In this document: positions 1-13,300 of the stretch, piece after piece
Position numbering within the stretch: the stretch's first letter is position 1
How the letters are laid out: the number at the start of each line of letters is the position of its first letter
Source of the DNA: Lama guanicoe
Taxonomy: Eukaryota
Direction: 5' to 3'
Assembly: GCA_013239625.1 (NCBI GenBank)
Contig: MU054323.1
Span: 10,571,186-10,635,185, forward strand
DNA length: 64,000 bases
Program-made: the position numbers and the translations under genes
Notes under the pieces: generated by a model
Databases searched by the model: none
What the model saw: the letters and a program-made list of their open reading frames with translations, nothing else
Told to the model about the DNA's origin: nothing

Positions 1-1370
1 CATATTTTTAAGCCCTTTTTTGGAATAAGGCAAGATATAAATGCACAATTAAAAAAATTTAAATGCTTATTTTAAGTGATGATGCAAAGAAGAAAGTGAA
101 AATCAACTGTAATCCTAATATCTAGAGAAACTTATGCACTACTAACATTTTGATGTATTTTCTGTCAATCATTTTTACAAAATTAGAATCATATAATATA
201 TACAAGTTTGTATCTTGCTTTTTCCACTTATAGTATCATAAGCATTTTTCTATTTAAATATTCTCTATATTTAACACTTTATTTGTGAGCATTGAGCATT
301 TCAGGGTTTTTTTTTGATGCTATAAATAATATTGTGTTAAGATCTTTCTAGAATGTATTTTTGTTCAAGTTTTAAATTATTTTAGGATAAATTTCTAAGA
401 AAATTAGTTTTAAGGGTACAAACATTTTTATTGAAGTATACTTGATTTACAATATTATATTAGTTTCAGGTGTATATCATAGTGATTCAAAATTTTTATA
501 GCTTATACTCCATTTAAAGTTATTATAAAATATTGGCTATATTCCCTGTGCTGTAAAATAAATCCTTGTAACTTATTTATCTTATGCAAAGTAGTTTGAA
601 TCTCTTAATCCACTATCCCTGTCTTGCCCCTTTCCCCTTCCTTGTCCCAGCTGGTAGCCACCAGTTTGTTCTCTACAAGTATATAAACATTTTTAGTATT
701 TTTGATAAGTATTGTACAACTGCTTTCCAAAAATATTGCAACAGTCTGCATTCCTGCCAGTGGCATAGAAAGTATGCCTATTTCATCATGACTTCACTGG
801 CATTATTGTGTTACTATCATCAAAAAAAACTTGCTAATTTTGTAGCTGAAAATAATTTATTTTTTAATTCATAGTTTTAATTGTTTAACATTATCATACC
901 TTGCTATAAAATTTAATTTGTATTTTTGATTACTAGAATCTCAACCATTTTTCATCTCATTATTAATCTATCTCATGTATATTTTTTAACTATTGCTATA
1001 CATGTTGTCTATATTTCTTTTGGGGGTATTAACACATCTTTTTTTATTTATATGAGGCTTTTTATATATATTTAATCATCAACTATCTTCCTAAGTATTT
1101 TCAGAAAATAGGTTTTTGTTTCCATTTTGCTTATAATATTTTGATTACAGGTTTTTGTTTCTTATGTAATTATCTCAATGGATTTGTTCAATTTATTTTA
1201 ATATTTAATTTGATTTTTTATTTATTTAATTTAATAAATAAATTTAATTCATATCTACCTTTGAGAGTGAAATAACTATCCACATATATTCTTTAAAGTT
1301 TCAAAAACTGCTTTGATCTTTTAAATTTAACTAAATTTAACTAAAACCCAGAATTTATTTTGGTATATTT
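1..1370 (-). mobile_element. Highly decayed old L1 (L1M-type) remnant, T-rich on + strand, interrupted by a younger L1 3' fragment
   Basis: Very AT/T-rich; motifs such as 'caactgctttccaaaa' and 'aaccatttttcat' resemble antisense old L1 3' region; boundaries approximate. Confidence 0.45.
425..676 (-). mobile_element. 5'-truncated L1 3' UTR fragment (cetartiodactyl-type) with degenerate TSD
   Basis: 'tttttattgaagtatacttgatttacaatattatattagtttcaggtgta...ggtagccaccagtttgttctcta' is an antisense L1 3' end and resembles 46590-46840; flanks aagggtacaaacattttta (412-430) and aagtatataaacattttta (677-695) match 16/19. Confidence 0.8.
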
Positions 1371-2865
1371 TGGGCTTCTGTTGAAGGCTCAAGGCTTGAG
1401 CCCAAGGGAATACATCAGTCCTCTCCAAGACCTTTTTGGCTAGTGGTTCTGCTCTCTAACCTGGGAAATAGGAACACTTTTAGTGTTCATTTAGCCTGGC
1501 CTCTTTGGAGAAAGTAATGCAGATAACAACTTATGCAGTGATTAGAAGTGAATCAGGAGGATGTACCTCCCCCTGCCCACCACTGCCACATACCAAAAAA
1601 TATACAGTACCTTTAGCATCTAGGGACAAGAACCCAAATTTTACCATTATATACATATCCTTTTTCTTTCTAGTAGATTACAGCAAACAAAAGCAAAAGC
1701 TGGGAAGTAAAATCCTCGGGATGGTTCCCAGAGTAGGGATAATTTTTCTTTATGACTTTTAGCTGAGTCTCAGACTCAACAGGACAAAATCCAGGATGTA
1801 GGAGCATTGGGGTGGGGGATCTATGAAGCTGTGAGAGGCACAGGCTTACCTGTCCATGAGTGTGTGGCCTAAATCATAGCTTTGCACCTGCATCACCCTA
1901 CCTCTCCCTCCCCTTAGTCTTGAGAGTTAGCTCTGCTCCCACGGTGGGCCAAGTTAGGAGACACCCCAGGGCAACTGGAGGGCCACTAATATATTTCCCC
2001 GTATGTGAAAAGGAACAGGATGTTCCCAAGTTTCAGACCCAGGCACAGACACTGAGTCCCTGGTTTTCTATACAGCAGACCCATGATCCCTGGCTGTTGC
2101 CTGATGCGTTTTATCTGTCTTTCATAATGGCTTAGGCTGTGAACTTACATTTAAGCACAACTCAAAGCAGTGATTTCACAATGAAATATAAAGCCCAAGG
2201 TGGTATGGCCCTGACTTTTCTGAGAGATCACTTTTTCCTTCTGCCCCTACCAGAGTCAATCAGGTTTTTGGTTTTTTGGGTTTTTTTTTTTATCCCTGAG
2301 ATGAACTAGGTGGAGGAACCAAAGGTCTCAGCATCTGAAAACCACTTCCTTTTTCAGTTCAACCACATGCTACTGTGTCAGTTCTCTGGCCTGCGGCAAA
2401 CACTTAGCATTTTGCTTTTGGTTTTCCTGAAAATGCCTGTCAGCAGCTTCGCACGTCTTTGTCTTCTTTCATCCATACTTCCCACACAAATAAGTAGAGC
2501 TGGGTGACGGACATAGTTTAGTAAATTTTAAAAATGAATAAAGATGAGAGACTGTGTTTATATTGTGTTCAATATTCTTTTATGTGCTAAAAAAATTAGC
2601 TTATTCCTCCAAAAGCAAGAATGTATAGTAATACTGAAACACTGCCTAAACAATGAAGGTGTGGGACAGATGAAAGAGGTAGGCAGGCAGAGTGAGCTGT
2701 ATAGCGTGAAGGGAGGTCAGCTCTCTGTCCAGCCCTCCTCTCCAGTCTTGCACAGAGTTGCCTCTTCTAGCTAAAGAAGCCAGAGAAGCCCTTAGAGTTT
2801 GGGCCACCAGAACCTTTTGTCCCCACCCTGACAAACTTTAGTTTGCTCACACCAGGAATTTTAAG

Positions 2866-3265
2866 TAGGGTGACCATGTGTCCTAGCTTTCCCAGTTCTG
2901 TCTTAGTCTATGCCTACTGGCCTTTTCACTCTCTGCCAAGGTCTGAATGTGTTTTGAAATTCTAATGCCCCATGTGATGTTAATTAGAAGGTGGGCCTTT
3001 GGGATTAGTGCTCCTATATATGAGACTCCACAGAGCTCCCAACCTCATTCTGCCCCGTGTAGACACAAGAAGTCTGCAAGCTGGAAGAGGGCCCCCACCT
3101 GACCATGATGGTACCTTGATCTCAGACTTCAACCTTCAGAACTGTGAGAAATAAATTTCTGTTGTTTATAAACTACCCAATCTGTGGTATTTTGTTATAG
3201 CAGCCTGAAAGGACTGAGGCACTCTCAAAAAGGTCTCAGTTTGGACAACAAATTATATACTCTAA
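2866..3265. mobile_element. MER94-like hAT-Blackjack MITE split by an MLT1A LTR
   Basis: Begins 'tagggtgaccatgtgtcc' (Blackjack TIR-like); resumes after the LTR with 'actctcaaaaaggtctcagtttggacaacaaattata'. Confidence 0.55.
2934..3221 (+). mobile_element. MaLR MLT1A-like solo LTR (internally deleted)
   Basis: TG...CA termini, perfect 5-bp TSD ctctc (2929-2933/3222-3226), diagnostic 'cagaactgtgagaaataaatttctgttgtttata...ggtattttgttatagcagcc'. Confidence 0.9.
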
Positions 3266-3354
3266 TTATTTGTGGAGAAAGAGATGAAGTAGAAATTAAA
3301 CTCTCTTTTTCTCTCAGATTTGGGGGTTGAGGTAAGATGAGTCACATGCTATTC

Positions 3355-3666
3355 CAGGAGCTGGTGAATATTTTCTGTAAAGGATCAGATAGTAAATATT
3401 TCAAGCCATTTGGGTCAGATAGTTTCTATTACAAGTGACTTAATTTGGCTGTTGCGGGGAAAGTGGTCATAGGTAATATGCAAACAAATGCACTTGGCTG
3501 TGTTCCAATAAAACTTTATTTATGGACACAAATTTGAATTTCACATCATTTTTATGTGTCACAAAATAGTTTTCTTCTTTTGATTTTTTTTAAAAACCAT
3601 TTGAAATGTAAAAGCCATTCTTAACTTGAGGGCCAGATTTGGCCTGCAGGTTACAGATGACCCCTG
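3355..3666. mobile_element. MER58B-like hAT-Charlie element
   Basis: 'ttttctgtaaaggatcagatagtaaatatt', 'ggctgtgttccaataaaactttattt', ends 'gacccctg'. Confidence 0.8.
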
Positions 3667-4214
3667 TACTATTCTATCACCTGTGTGAACACACTTGGGT
3701 ACTGGCAGATGAGCTCCTTGTTCTCTTCTGGGAGGGTTTCTGTTGGACCCATTCTCTGTGTATACGTTTGGTATCATCATAGTCAACAATTACAGTTATA
3801 CAGCCTGAACACACACATGAGGCTTGAGATCTTGAGAGGTGGAAGAAATCTTATTATCTCCGAAGTTTTCAACCACAGAGCAGCGACAAGTGAGGTGTAT
3901 CAAGTAATTTGCTCTCTATAATATACTACCAAAGCTTTCAAGTGATTTATGTCTATTTATAAATTAGAGCAGATTTGACATTTTCATTATCAGAGTGCTG
4001 TTCTCCCTCACTTCATTTTGATCTGCTCTCTTACGGTAGTGAGAGGGATCTGCCAAGACATGAATGACAGGTGAAGTTCATGTGCAGGACCAACTGTCAA
4101 GGATGTCCCAGAGCTGCGTGATGGGAGAAGGTGAAGAACCTTTAACCTAGTCCAACCTCATTCTTTTTCATATGGGGACAGATCTTCACAATAGTCCTGT
4201 ACAAAGAAGGGTCC

Positions 4215-4370
4215 AGGAAAGATGTAGTGGGCCTCAGTTTGCACACTGAGCACACTGAGGGGCAGAGACAGAGCAACTTGCTCAAGGTCACACAGCTTAT
4301 AAGCAGTAGTGTTGGAACTCTAACATAAGTCTTTGGAGTCCTGAACTTTGTGGGCTCTGCTATACCACAC
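4215..4370 (-). mobile_element. MIR SINE
   Basis: Core 'cactgaggggcagaga...aacttgctcaaggtcacacagct'. Confidence 0.75.
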
Positions 4371-6632
4371 AGCTTGCAGTATCACAGGTGTCAGAGAAAC
4401 TGCAAAAACTCAGTCTGCTGTCTTCAAGACACTGACTATCATTGACAATGACAATGATATCCCAAAGCATTGGGTCACTCTACTATTATTGTACAGTCAA
4501 GGCTTTCTCATCCATGGCACTAGCATGGGAAGTTGCACTATTCCCATTTTACAGATGAGTAAACATTTTCAGCACATGATCTAGATCAAAAGGGACTGAT
4601 CAGTATTCAGAGAACTGGCATAAATTAGTCCTATAAAGATAGCATCTGTGGCCAGGGAGTGGTTATGTCTGTGCCAGGTGGAGGCTCTTTGGCAGAATGG
4701 ATTGTCAACTCACCAGTCTGGAAGGACTTTGAGGTCATCAAGTCAAACTCTCTATGTGTCAGGGAATAAGACATTATTGAGCTCATTAGGGAAGAGTTGC
4801 CCCTGGAATGCCATCCTGCCACAGTCAAAGCTGGCTTGTCATCGAAAGAACTTTGTCAGCCAACTGCGCCCACATCTACAGGGCAATGATGACCATTTAC
4901 ATAATTATGACTGTGGGCACTCTAAGAAGAATGCTTGTATTCTTAACCATGAAATAATTTAGTTCTTCTAAACATGATGCTATTGGTAATTTTATTATAT
5001 TTTAATGTCTTGAAAATTGGTCGCTAATTTATACTGCATTACTTAGTCTACAGTGAAAGAACCAAATCATGCATGGTTCCAGAGTTTGTTTTCAGTTGGC
5101 CATTTTTAAAGATTGCGTTTTTCACATCCAAACTCATGTTCACGTTCAGTATCCCCTATATTAAAACAAAACACTGATGCCTCCTAAACCAATTTTATTT
5201 ATCAGGTCTTTCGGAGTTCCTCATTCTGACACTAAGTTCTCTTGTCCTTTCAGTTACTAGAAGTTCAAAGAGTTAAAGCTCCTCTTAAGTTTGGGATCTC
5301 CAAGAATACCAACCAGGCTTACCAAAATACCCAGTGAGCCACAGTTAGTACAGTTAACAAAGAGAAGCATAGAAAGTAAGACAGGAATGCAGGAGGGCTG
5401 GAGTAAGGCGAGTAGGAATGGCTGTGTCTTCCATTACACTGTGAAACATTAATGCTGATGGCTGGAAAGACAGGAAAGTATAAAACACCAGAGAAGCGCA
5501 GGTGGAGGCTGAACTCCGCCAGAATTTAAGGAGATGGAAATGAACGTAGAGTATTAAAACAATCCCTTGAAGACTGAGTTTTGGATTTGTCTTACTAAAG
5601 GTCAGACAGAAAAGGGAAGCAAGGAAGGAGAGCAGCAAAGACAGAGAGAGAAATGGGAGAAGAGGAAGGAGGGGGCCTGTAGAAGAAAGGAAAGAAAAAA
5701 AAGAATGCTTTTTATAAAAATAATCAATGCCCAGAACCTTAGTTATATAAATTACATTGTCTTCCCTGAGCAGTGGCCTGTGCCCTTTTATTTTTACTGT
5801 TACCAGAAATAAAACAAACCTTTTGGGCTGTCACTAGCATCTTTCAGGGCCTGAATTCATTCTAGGTTTTATTCTTTCTGCTGTCTTTCTCATGGGTCTG
5901 TCTGTAGCCTTTTTGGCTTAAGATCTCTTTCTGCCAGTCTTTTTAAGATCCCTTTCTACCTTGGGTACAAAGTCAAGGCTACCAACATTTAGGGCTGGAG
6001 AAACTGTCACTAGAGACTTGTCCCCAAGAAAACTCTGATGACAAATCCTCAGGTAGAAGCCTGAGGGAGTGGAATGAAAATGAGGGAAGGGCCCAGGACC
6101 CCTTGAGTCACCAAGAGCTGATGCCTCGTTAGGTACTCAGAAGGATCCCAGAGCACCTTTTGCCCCTCTGGGGCCCCTCCTTATCCTCGTATCTCATCTA
6201 ATCCCCATCCTTTGCCCCTGTAGTGCTACAGGCCCACCCCAGCCCCAGCCTTGGCCACATCACCCCATCTCTTTGCTGCTCTGGGAACTGAGCTGTGAAG
6301 CACTGAGAGCCTTGGGATTCAGCTCCCTGCTTCCCTCAGGTCAGGTCTGAGCCCATCCTGCAAGCCCCCTCTGCTCCTTAATCTGCCCTGGCTTAAGCAG
6401 ACTGCTCGGGGTTGGAAAGGATCCCTCTTGGCTGAGGGGCTGCTTTCCCAACATGAAGCTGGCAGGAGATGAAAGGCATGTAAGCATGTTTCATCTCTCC
6501 CTGCACCTGGAGAGAGCATAACTGGAGGCCACAGCTTCTTTCTCTTCATTTCATGGCTAGTTTCAGTGTTAGGTGGCCATACAAGGTGAGTCCTCTAGGG
6601 AGAAGAAGGAATAACCCTCAGTCCCAATCCTC

Positions 6633-7059
6633 TTACAGTGGGTAGAACAGTGTCCCTCAAAAAGATGTAGTCTTAGCTTCCAGCATCTGTGAAAGTGACC
6701 TTATTTGGAAATAGGGTTTTTGCAGATGATTTTAAGTTTAGATGGACCATGAATCTAATGACTGGTGCTCTTAAAAGAGACAAGAGAGGAAAAATTGAGA
6801 CATAGACATACAGGGAAGAAAGATATGTGAAGACGGAGATGGGGATTAGAGTACTAATGTAGGCCGAGGAACACCAGGAACCACCAGAAGGTGGGAGAGC
6901 CAGGAAGGATTCTCCCCTAGAGACTTCAAAAGGAACCTGGCGCTGCTGACACCTTGATTTCAGACTTTTGGCCTACAGCCCATAAGATAATAAATTTCCA
7001 TTGTCTTAAGCTACCTAGAGTGTGGTAATTTGCCACAGCAGCCCTCAGAAACCAATATA
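6633..7059 (+). mobile_element. MaLR MLT1B/C-like solo LTR
   Basis: 'gtgaccttatttggaaatagggtttttgcagatg', 'gctgacaccttgatttcagactt', aataaa; 5-bp TSD tcctc (6628-6632/7060-7064). Confidence 0.9.
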
Positions 7060-7260
7060 TCCTCCTGGACAAACGCTACCAATAATGGAAAAATTTCTGC
7101 TGACACACAAAGGACAGTGGGTTACTAACTGGTCCTCACAAGCGGGACTGATTTCCCCATAGGTTACATTACTTTTGTGCCTGGTTGGCATGTGCAGTGG
7201 AAGCTTTGGATGAAGCCAAAGATAACTTTGGTCTATGAAGGGCCACTGGGCATTTGATTA

Positions 7261-7279
7261 GAGCAGCAGGTGGCGGCAT
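7261..7279 (+). promoter_or_regulatory. Candidate CTCF site
   Basis: gagCAGCAGGTGGCGGCa closely matches the CTCF core CCASYAGRKGGCRS and retains a CpG; motif only. Confidence 0.45.
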
Positions 7280-7934
7280 CTAGAGGTCAGGAAAGGGCCA
7301 GAAAGGGAAATAGCTGGAGATGACCTCAAACAGCTACAGAAGCTCATCTCCTTTCCCATCGATCCCCACAGATGAGACCTAATCCCCATGGCCGGGCAGA
7401 GCTCTCAGCTCACATTTTCACATTCCAACCCCCTTCCACTGGAGTAGAGAGATCAGGACAGACTAGAATTTCTTGTTTCAGAACGCAGTCCTTCCCAAGA
7501 CTCAGAAAGTTGACTCTTCACCTAAATCACTGCCTAACACAGCCTTAGCAACCCCTTCTCCCTTCATTCTCTGCCCCTTATCTCTCACTCCAAAGCTGGC
7601 TTCCTTAGAAAGCACATAAGGACCTCTGGGGAGGGGGCAGTTCTTAATTTTGACTGAACAGAAAATCACACTCACCTTAGAGGGAACTCTAGGGCTGTGC
7701 ACAAAGTAAAGTCTACTTTGGAAGAAAATTGACAGTCAGCCAAGACACTCTTTAATTCAAAGAAATGAAAGAAAGATGTTGCTCTGCTTATTGAGATGAG
7801 ACAAACCCAGTGGTTAAATGCAGAAATCAAAAAGGTCAGAACGTACAGCTGAACGCTCCTCTTTTTATTCCCTCTGATACACTCTGTGACCATGGCAAAA
7901 TGGTACAGTCTCAGGACAAGCTTCTCTATGGGAG

Positions 7935-8460
7935 ACGCAGTAGTGAGTGAGTAAGAACTGACTCTTAAAATTTCAGGAGTTTTGAGAGAAGGTTGTTAAG
8001 TACAGTTTAATCATTAAAAGTAAAGTATACAAACTTACAGTTAAATCAGTGCTTCTCACTGGGGCGATTTTGCACCCAGGAGACTTCTCACAATGTCTGG
8101 AGGTTTTTGGTTGTCACAGCTGAGGAGTGCTCCTGGCCTCTTGTGGGTGGAGGCTGAGGGATGCTGCCGAGCATCCTACAGTCACAGGGTAGACCCTCTA
8201 ACAGAAAGTTACACAGCCCCAAATGCCAACAGAACCAAGAGTGAGAATCCTGGATTAAATAAATTAAATTAAGAACAAAGATAATCAATACATCAAATTA
8301 ATCACTAGTATCTGTGTTTTTGAGGCTGTATATTTATACACACACAGTGGATATACCACATAATGGTGTGAACTGTGCATCTCTTCCCAACTCCACATTC
8401 AGTAAAATCACGTCAGTACCTTAGAACTGGCTATAGTGGGTTGGTTTACACTACAAACAA
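7935..8460. mobile_element. MER63-like hAT element hosting a MER20 insertion
   Basis: 'gcatctcttcccaactccacattcagt...cacgtcagtaccttagaactggctatagtggg' and 'aggttgttaag' recall MER63. Confidence 0.55.
8047..8252. mobile_element. MER20 (hAT-Charlie)
   Basis: 'cagtgcttctca...ggggcgattttgc...ttttggttgtcaca...gggatgctg...catcctaca...gagaatcctg'; 8-bp TSD-like agttaaat/gattaaat (6/8). Confidence 0.9.
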
Positions 8461-10204
8461 GATCTCCTCTCTTCTTTGGAGATCCAGTTGTAAAACATTC
8501 ACTAGCTTCAGGTATATATAGGTGTAGGGTGTCTGAAGAGGGGTGGAATTTTCTCTTTGTTCTTCATTTGTCTCAAAAGAACACAATGAAGTGGAGATCT
8601 CTATTTTTCTAAACAAAAACTGGAGTTGGGGAGGGTGTGGCAAGGAGGCTGGAAAAATGAGGTCCCATATAATGCAAAGGGAAGGAATGAAAAGGATCAT
8701 AGTGTTTACAAGACATAATTTTAAATGGAGAGGAAGTCATGCAGCTAAATCTTTTTACACTATTAAAACATCTGGATGAAAATTGAAAAATCAATCTTTC
8801 ACCCAGATTTCTTTCCTGTGTGATGCTAAGTAGATGAATATTCAAAACATTTAGATTACAAGAAGCATAGTATCTTAATATTAGGAAATATTATGATTAT
8901 TTTCCACTTTTTTCTTGCTGTTTAGATATCTGAAAGCAATTTCAACTTTTGCTAAATAGAACTTGGTTTCAGAGTGGTCCACCCTGAAGCCAGGGCACTA
9001 GGTAGTGGCTACCTTGTCCATATTTGCTTACTTGTCTTGGGTAGAATTTGAGATTACTCTGCATGGTAACAGACTTAAAGAGTCTCCCTCAATAAGAAAA
9101 CATGGCAGGAGGGGAAAGAGAGGAAGACAAAGAGAAACATTTTCAAGTAAAGGAAAATTCTATAAATTTTAAAACAAAATACATGAATGAAACATGTCTG
9201 ATGAGATAAAGTGATGGCTGTGAAAGCAAAGTCCACAGAAAAGGTTCTCTGAAGCTGAGGGAATTCTGAACTGAGAAGAGAGCATAGGAGAGCCCTGGAC
9301 ACTGACCAAAGTGAACTGTGGTCTGAGATGAGATATCTTGCACTCCAGGAGCTGTGTGCTGGTGAGACAATGAGAAAATGGGGCCAAGACTGTGTTCAGG
9401 GAGTTCTGAGTAAAGGAGAGTGTCCACACAGTCCCTAGGAGCCCAGGTGACTGGGCCCAATTCTCATTCTCCAGAAGGTGGAGGGGATGTGGAGAGCTCA
9501 CCACTTACCAATGGGCCTCCCAGATATCAGTCTACTGCCAATGGCTACATCAGCCTCAGTGTGAGGGGCTACATGAAAAATTAGTATGTTAGAAAAAAGA
9601 TGTGGGGAGGGAGCATTCTAAAATAGTAAAACAGGGCATCACTACCAGCTAGGGTTATGGGTAGTTTCTATTTTTCTCTTTCTACAATTACGTATTTTCA
9701 AAATGTTCTATCATGAACAGTGGCTAATTTATAACCAGAAAATGAAACAGTTCTAGAAAGAGAAGACGAACACCAAAAAGTATATACAAAAGGTCTGTAT
9801 TCCCAGGCTGTAGTATAATCCAAGATGGTTGGCCTGAAACCCAGCGAGAACTGTCCTTATTACAATTTGGTTTTATTTTCCCCAATTTCATGAACACTGT
9901 CTGACTAATAATATTTCAGCTATTGGTAGAGATTCAGATTAACTTAATATCTTTCCAATTTTAATATATCAAAGGCAGAGCAGTTTAGACCAGTGATGCT
10001 CACATTTCTTTGCTTTTCTCCTTTTAAACTCTAATTTCCCATTATTTCCTAACTAGAATAAAAATATATTTGAATATTCACTTTATTTTAGGTATTTCAG
10101 AATAATCAGTATTTTCACCTGTTATTCTTGAAGTTTAATTTTTAATATACTGTTCTAAGTATCCAAGTTTCAAACATGACAATGCCTATGTTTTGTTTTA
10201 GATT

Positions 10205-11390
10205 AATGAAAGAAATATGTAACTGATAAATATTCATTGTCTACTATGTTCCAGGCACTGTTTTAGGTTCTATGGACACAACAGTGAACAAAATAGGCAA
10301 TGAGTCTGCCTCACACAGCAGTATGTCAGGTAAGCACATTTCTAGAAAAACTCACTAGGTTAGGATAATGGACTCCAGTAAGAGCTGGAGGACAAAATCC
10401 TTTAATAATATATCCCATTTCATAGTTGTAGAAAATAAAGTCAAGTGCCTTGATGACTTAGCCAGTTAATCGAAGAGTTAAGAATAGATCCTCTGTATTT
10501 CTAATCCAGTGTTTCTTCTATTACACCCTAAAGACGATAAATACTAAAACTAGGCCTCATTTGTACAGTGTCTCATCTGTTGATAATTATCAATGATTTC
10601 CTTAGTTCGATTCAGTGATTGTTCTCAACCTTCATCCTTACTGATCTCTGTAATAGTTGGCACTGGAATCTCTCTGGGGATTTATAAGCTGGAGACAATG
10701 TGAACGTTAGGTCCGAGTTTCAGCTACATGTGTATAAACCACCAAATAGTGTTGGCACCTACTAGAAACTCAACAGATGTTAGCTCTCCTCATTTACTTC
10801 CAATAACACACTATTACTTTCTTCTTACCTCTGATCTCCCCAGTTGAACCTGTTTCTATCTCACCCGTTTGCTAGATTTTTCTTTCCCCAAACTCCACTA
10901 GAAGCACTGTTCTGGGACCAATGCACTTCTCCCTGTATTTCCACTGATAGCTTCAATCACGCTCTCTGAAAACGACCCTTGGATCCACCGTCTCAATCTC
11001 ATTCCCCACGTTCTACCTTTTTAGTAGCCTACAGACATTCCAAATGTTTTGCTGTCCCTTTCTCTCAGCATCTCCTAACAACTCACTACATCTTCCCCCA
11101 AACCATCTTTCCTTACCTGAAAGTGTTCTAGGCAAAGGGAGAAAGATATCTGAAGACTGAAGGCAAGAGGAGTTTGGACCTTTAAAGAAATGACAGAAAC
11201 TCAGAATGGCTGGGGGATAGGGAGCGGAAAGCGGAGCCTGGAGGGCTGATCAGAGTCAGATTCTGAGAGCCTTGTGCCATGTTAAGGATTTATGAGTCGC
11301 TCATGAAACCGAGTGGGAAACTCTAACAGTAACAGGCTAGCAGCAGACAAGAGTTTGAGAAAGTAAACTCTAGAAGAGTGTTGACATGGT
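10205..11390. mobile_element. Cluster of L2 fragments (both orientations) and a MIR fragment (~10390-10525)
   Basis: 'ctactatgttccaggcactgttttagg...acagtgaacaaaa' (L2 3' end, antisense); pyrimidine-rich L2 body 10570-11110; 'gagccttgtgccatgttaaggattt'. Confidence 0.6.
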
Positions 11391-12928
11391 GGCAAGGACT
11401 CTGGCTACTTGAGAATTTCCCAGTCACACTGGGGCAGGTCTGACTCCTAATAAGGAACATTGCGAGCACATGGGGAGCCTCCCAGGAATACTTCAGGAGT
11501 GGATATTGTGTACTACATCTTGAATGAGGTCAGATCTCATAAAGTGTTCCATGAGGTCTTTTATCATTACTCTTTACGGTGGGGTCCAAAGGAGCCTTGC
11601 CGGGCACTGACTTCCTCCCTAGAGGGAACATTCCAGCCTAGGCCACTGGCTCTTTAGTTTGTGTAACTATGGGCTAGTCAGTATCTCTTAGCATCTCTGG
11701 ACTTCAAAATGTACATGAAGATACCACCCACTCCAACACTGGAAGTAAGACAAAATCAATGAAATTCTTTAAGGCCACAGAAAAGTACCTGGGAAATATG
11801 AGACTATTAATCAAAGTTAGGTGAAGGAAATTGGAAGAAAAGAGACAGTCTTTTGGAAACCCAATTCCCCGACTGGTGGTGTTAGAGGTAGTGGACAGCG
11901 AGACTGGCCAGCCTCACAAATCAGACTCTACTTAAGTAGCTACTGTCAACAAGGTGGTGAGGGAGAGGAGATTTAGTGCTCATTCCCAGAGCTATCATAT
12001 CTGTTGTGCTTCAGAGCATGTGAAAGATGATAAATCATGTAAGACTATGAATTGATGCTGCTAATTTGGTGCTGAGTCGTTCCATTTGCCATGGAGCTGT
12101 CAGAAATTCCTCAACTAAGCCAGGTGCCCTTTTCTTAAAATTACATAACCAATCAAATAATAAATTTATTAATTCCTAACATAAAAGTGACTCAGACAGA
12201 TTTTTGCATTAGGGAAAAAAAATCTGACAGCCGAGAGGTCTCACTGGATCTAACAATCTAATGAGTAATTCTGTCCATTAAGGGAAGATGTGGCTTCCTG
12301 ATTAACGTGGAACCTAAGTAGTATTTTTAATAAAAGTTTTAATATGTACTGCTGCTCGGCTGGCATCATGTTTAATGAAAACCTCGAAAGCTCCTGGAGC
12401 GCTCTCTCTCCTCTCCATCAGACAAAGAGATGCAGAATGCCTCTGGGGGTAGGAAGAGGACAGCAGGGCAGGTGCAGGACACAGGGCTGAGGAGGGTGGA
12501 CAGGAGAAGGGCTAAGCACTGTCTGCATGAGGAGAGTGGTGTTGCCAATGCCAATTTTTGCTGAAGGAGGCTGAGCCAAAATTTTACCACCTACTCTATC
12601 TCCTCACTTCAATAGAGGAGAAAACTGAAGTTCAAAGAATATTTTTTAATACTTGTGTTTTTTCTGTTTGTTTTCTTTGCTTACGGACTAGTGTAATAGG
12701 ACTCAGTGTAGAAAACTAGGGGTGACACTGAGGCATTGCATAATCCTAAAGCAAACTGCTCTCTTCCTAATACCTTTTATTAGGGACACCATGAAAGCTT
12801 ATGGCACCACCATCTTTAAAGAAGGAAGGGGGCTGCAATAGATCCAGAGAGCAAAGGGCAGCTAGCTCTTGATTTAAAATCACATGACCCTAAGTGAAAA
12901 TAGTGGGCTATGAGAATGATGTGTGTGT

Positions 12929-13092
12929 GTGTGTGTGTGTGTGTGCATATATAGATATATACACACACATATATGAATCAGTATATATATATGAATCATG
13001 TATGTGTGTATACACACATACATGATTCATATATATATACTGATTCATATATGTGTGTGTATATATCTATATATGCACACACACACACACAC
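12929..13092. repeat. Perfect 164-bp palindrome (82-bp arms, no spacer) built from (GT)n/(AT)n microsatellite plus unique blocks
   Basis: Checked in 10-base blocks around the centre 13010/13011: every base from 12929 to 13010 is the reverse complement of 13011-13092. Confidence 0.97.
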
Positions 13093-13119
13093 TGAATTTC
13101 AATTATGGAATATATAATA

Positions 13120-13300
13120 TATATGTATACTACAAAAAGACTGGAAGGAAATGCTCCAAAATATTAATAGTGATTAAAAGCTTCTGGTTGATTAGATTAT
13201 GAATAATTTTTATTTTCTTGTTTTGTACATTTGTGTATTTAATGAATCTTCTCAATGGACATGAATTGCTTTTATAATAGAAAAAAATTACAAACATATC
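13120..13300 (+). mobile_element. Old L1 (L1ME/MC-type) 3' UTR remnant
   Basis: 'aaaaagactggaaggaaatgctccaaaatattaatagtgatta...ttgcttttataatagaaaaaa'. Confidence 0.6.
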
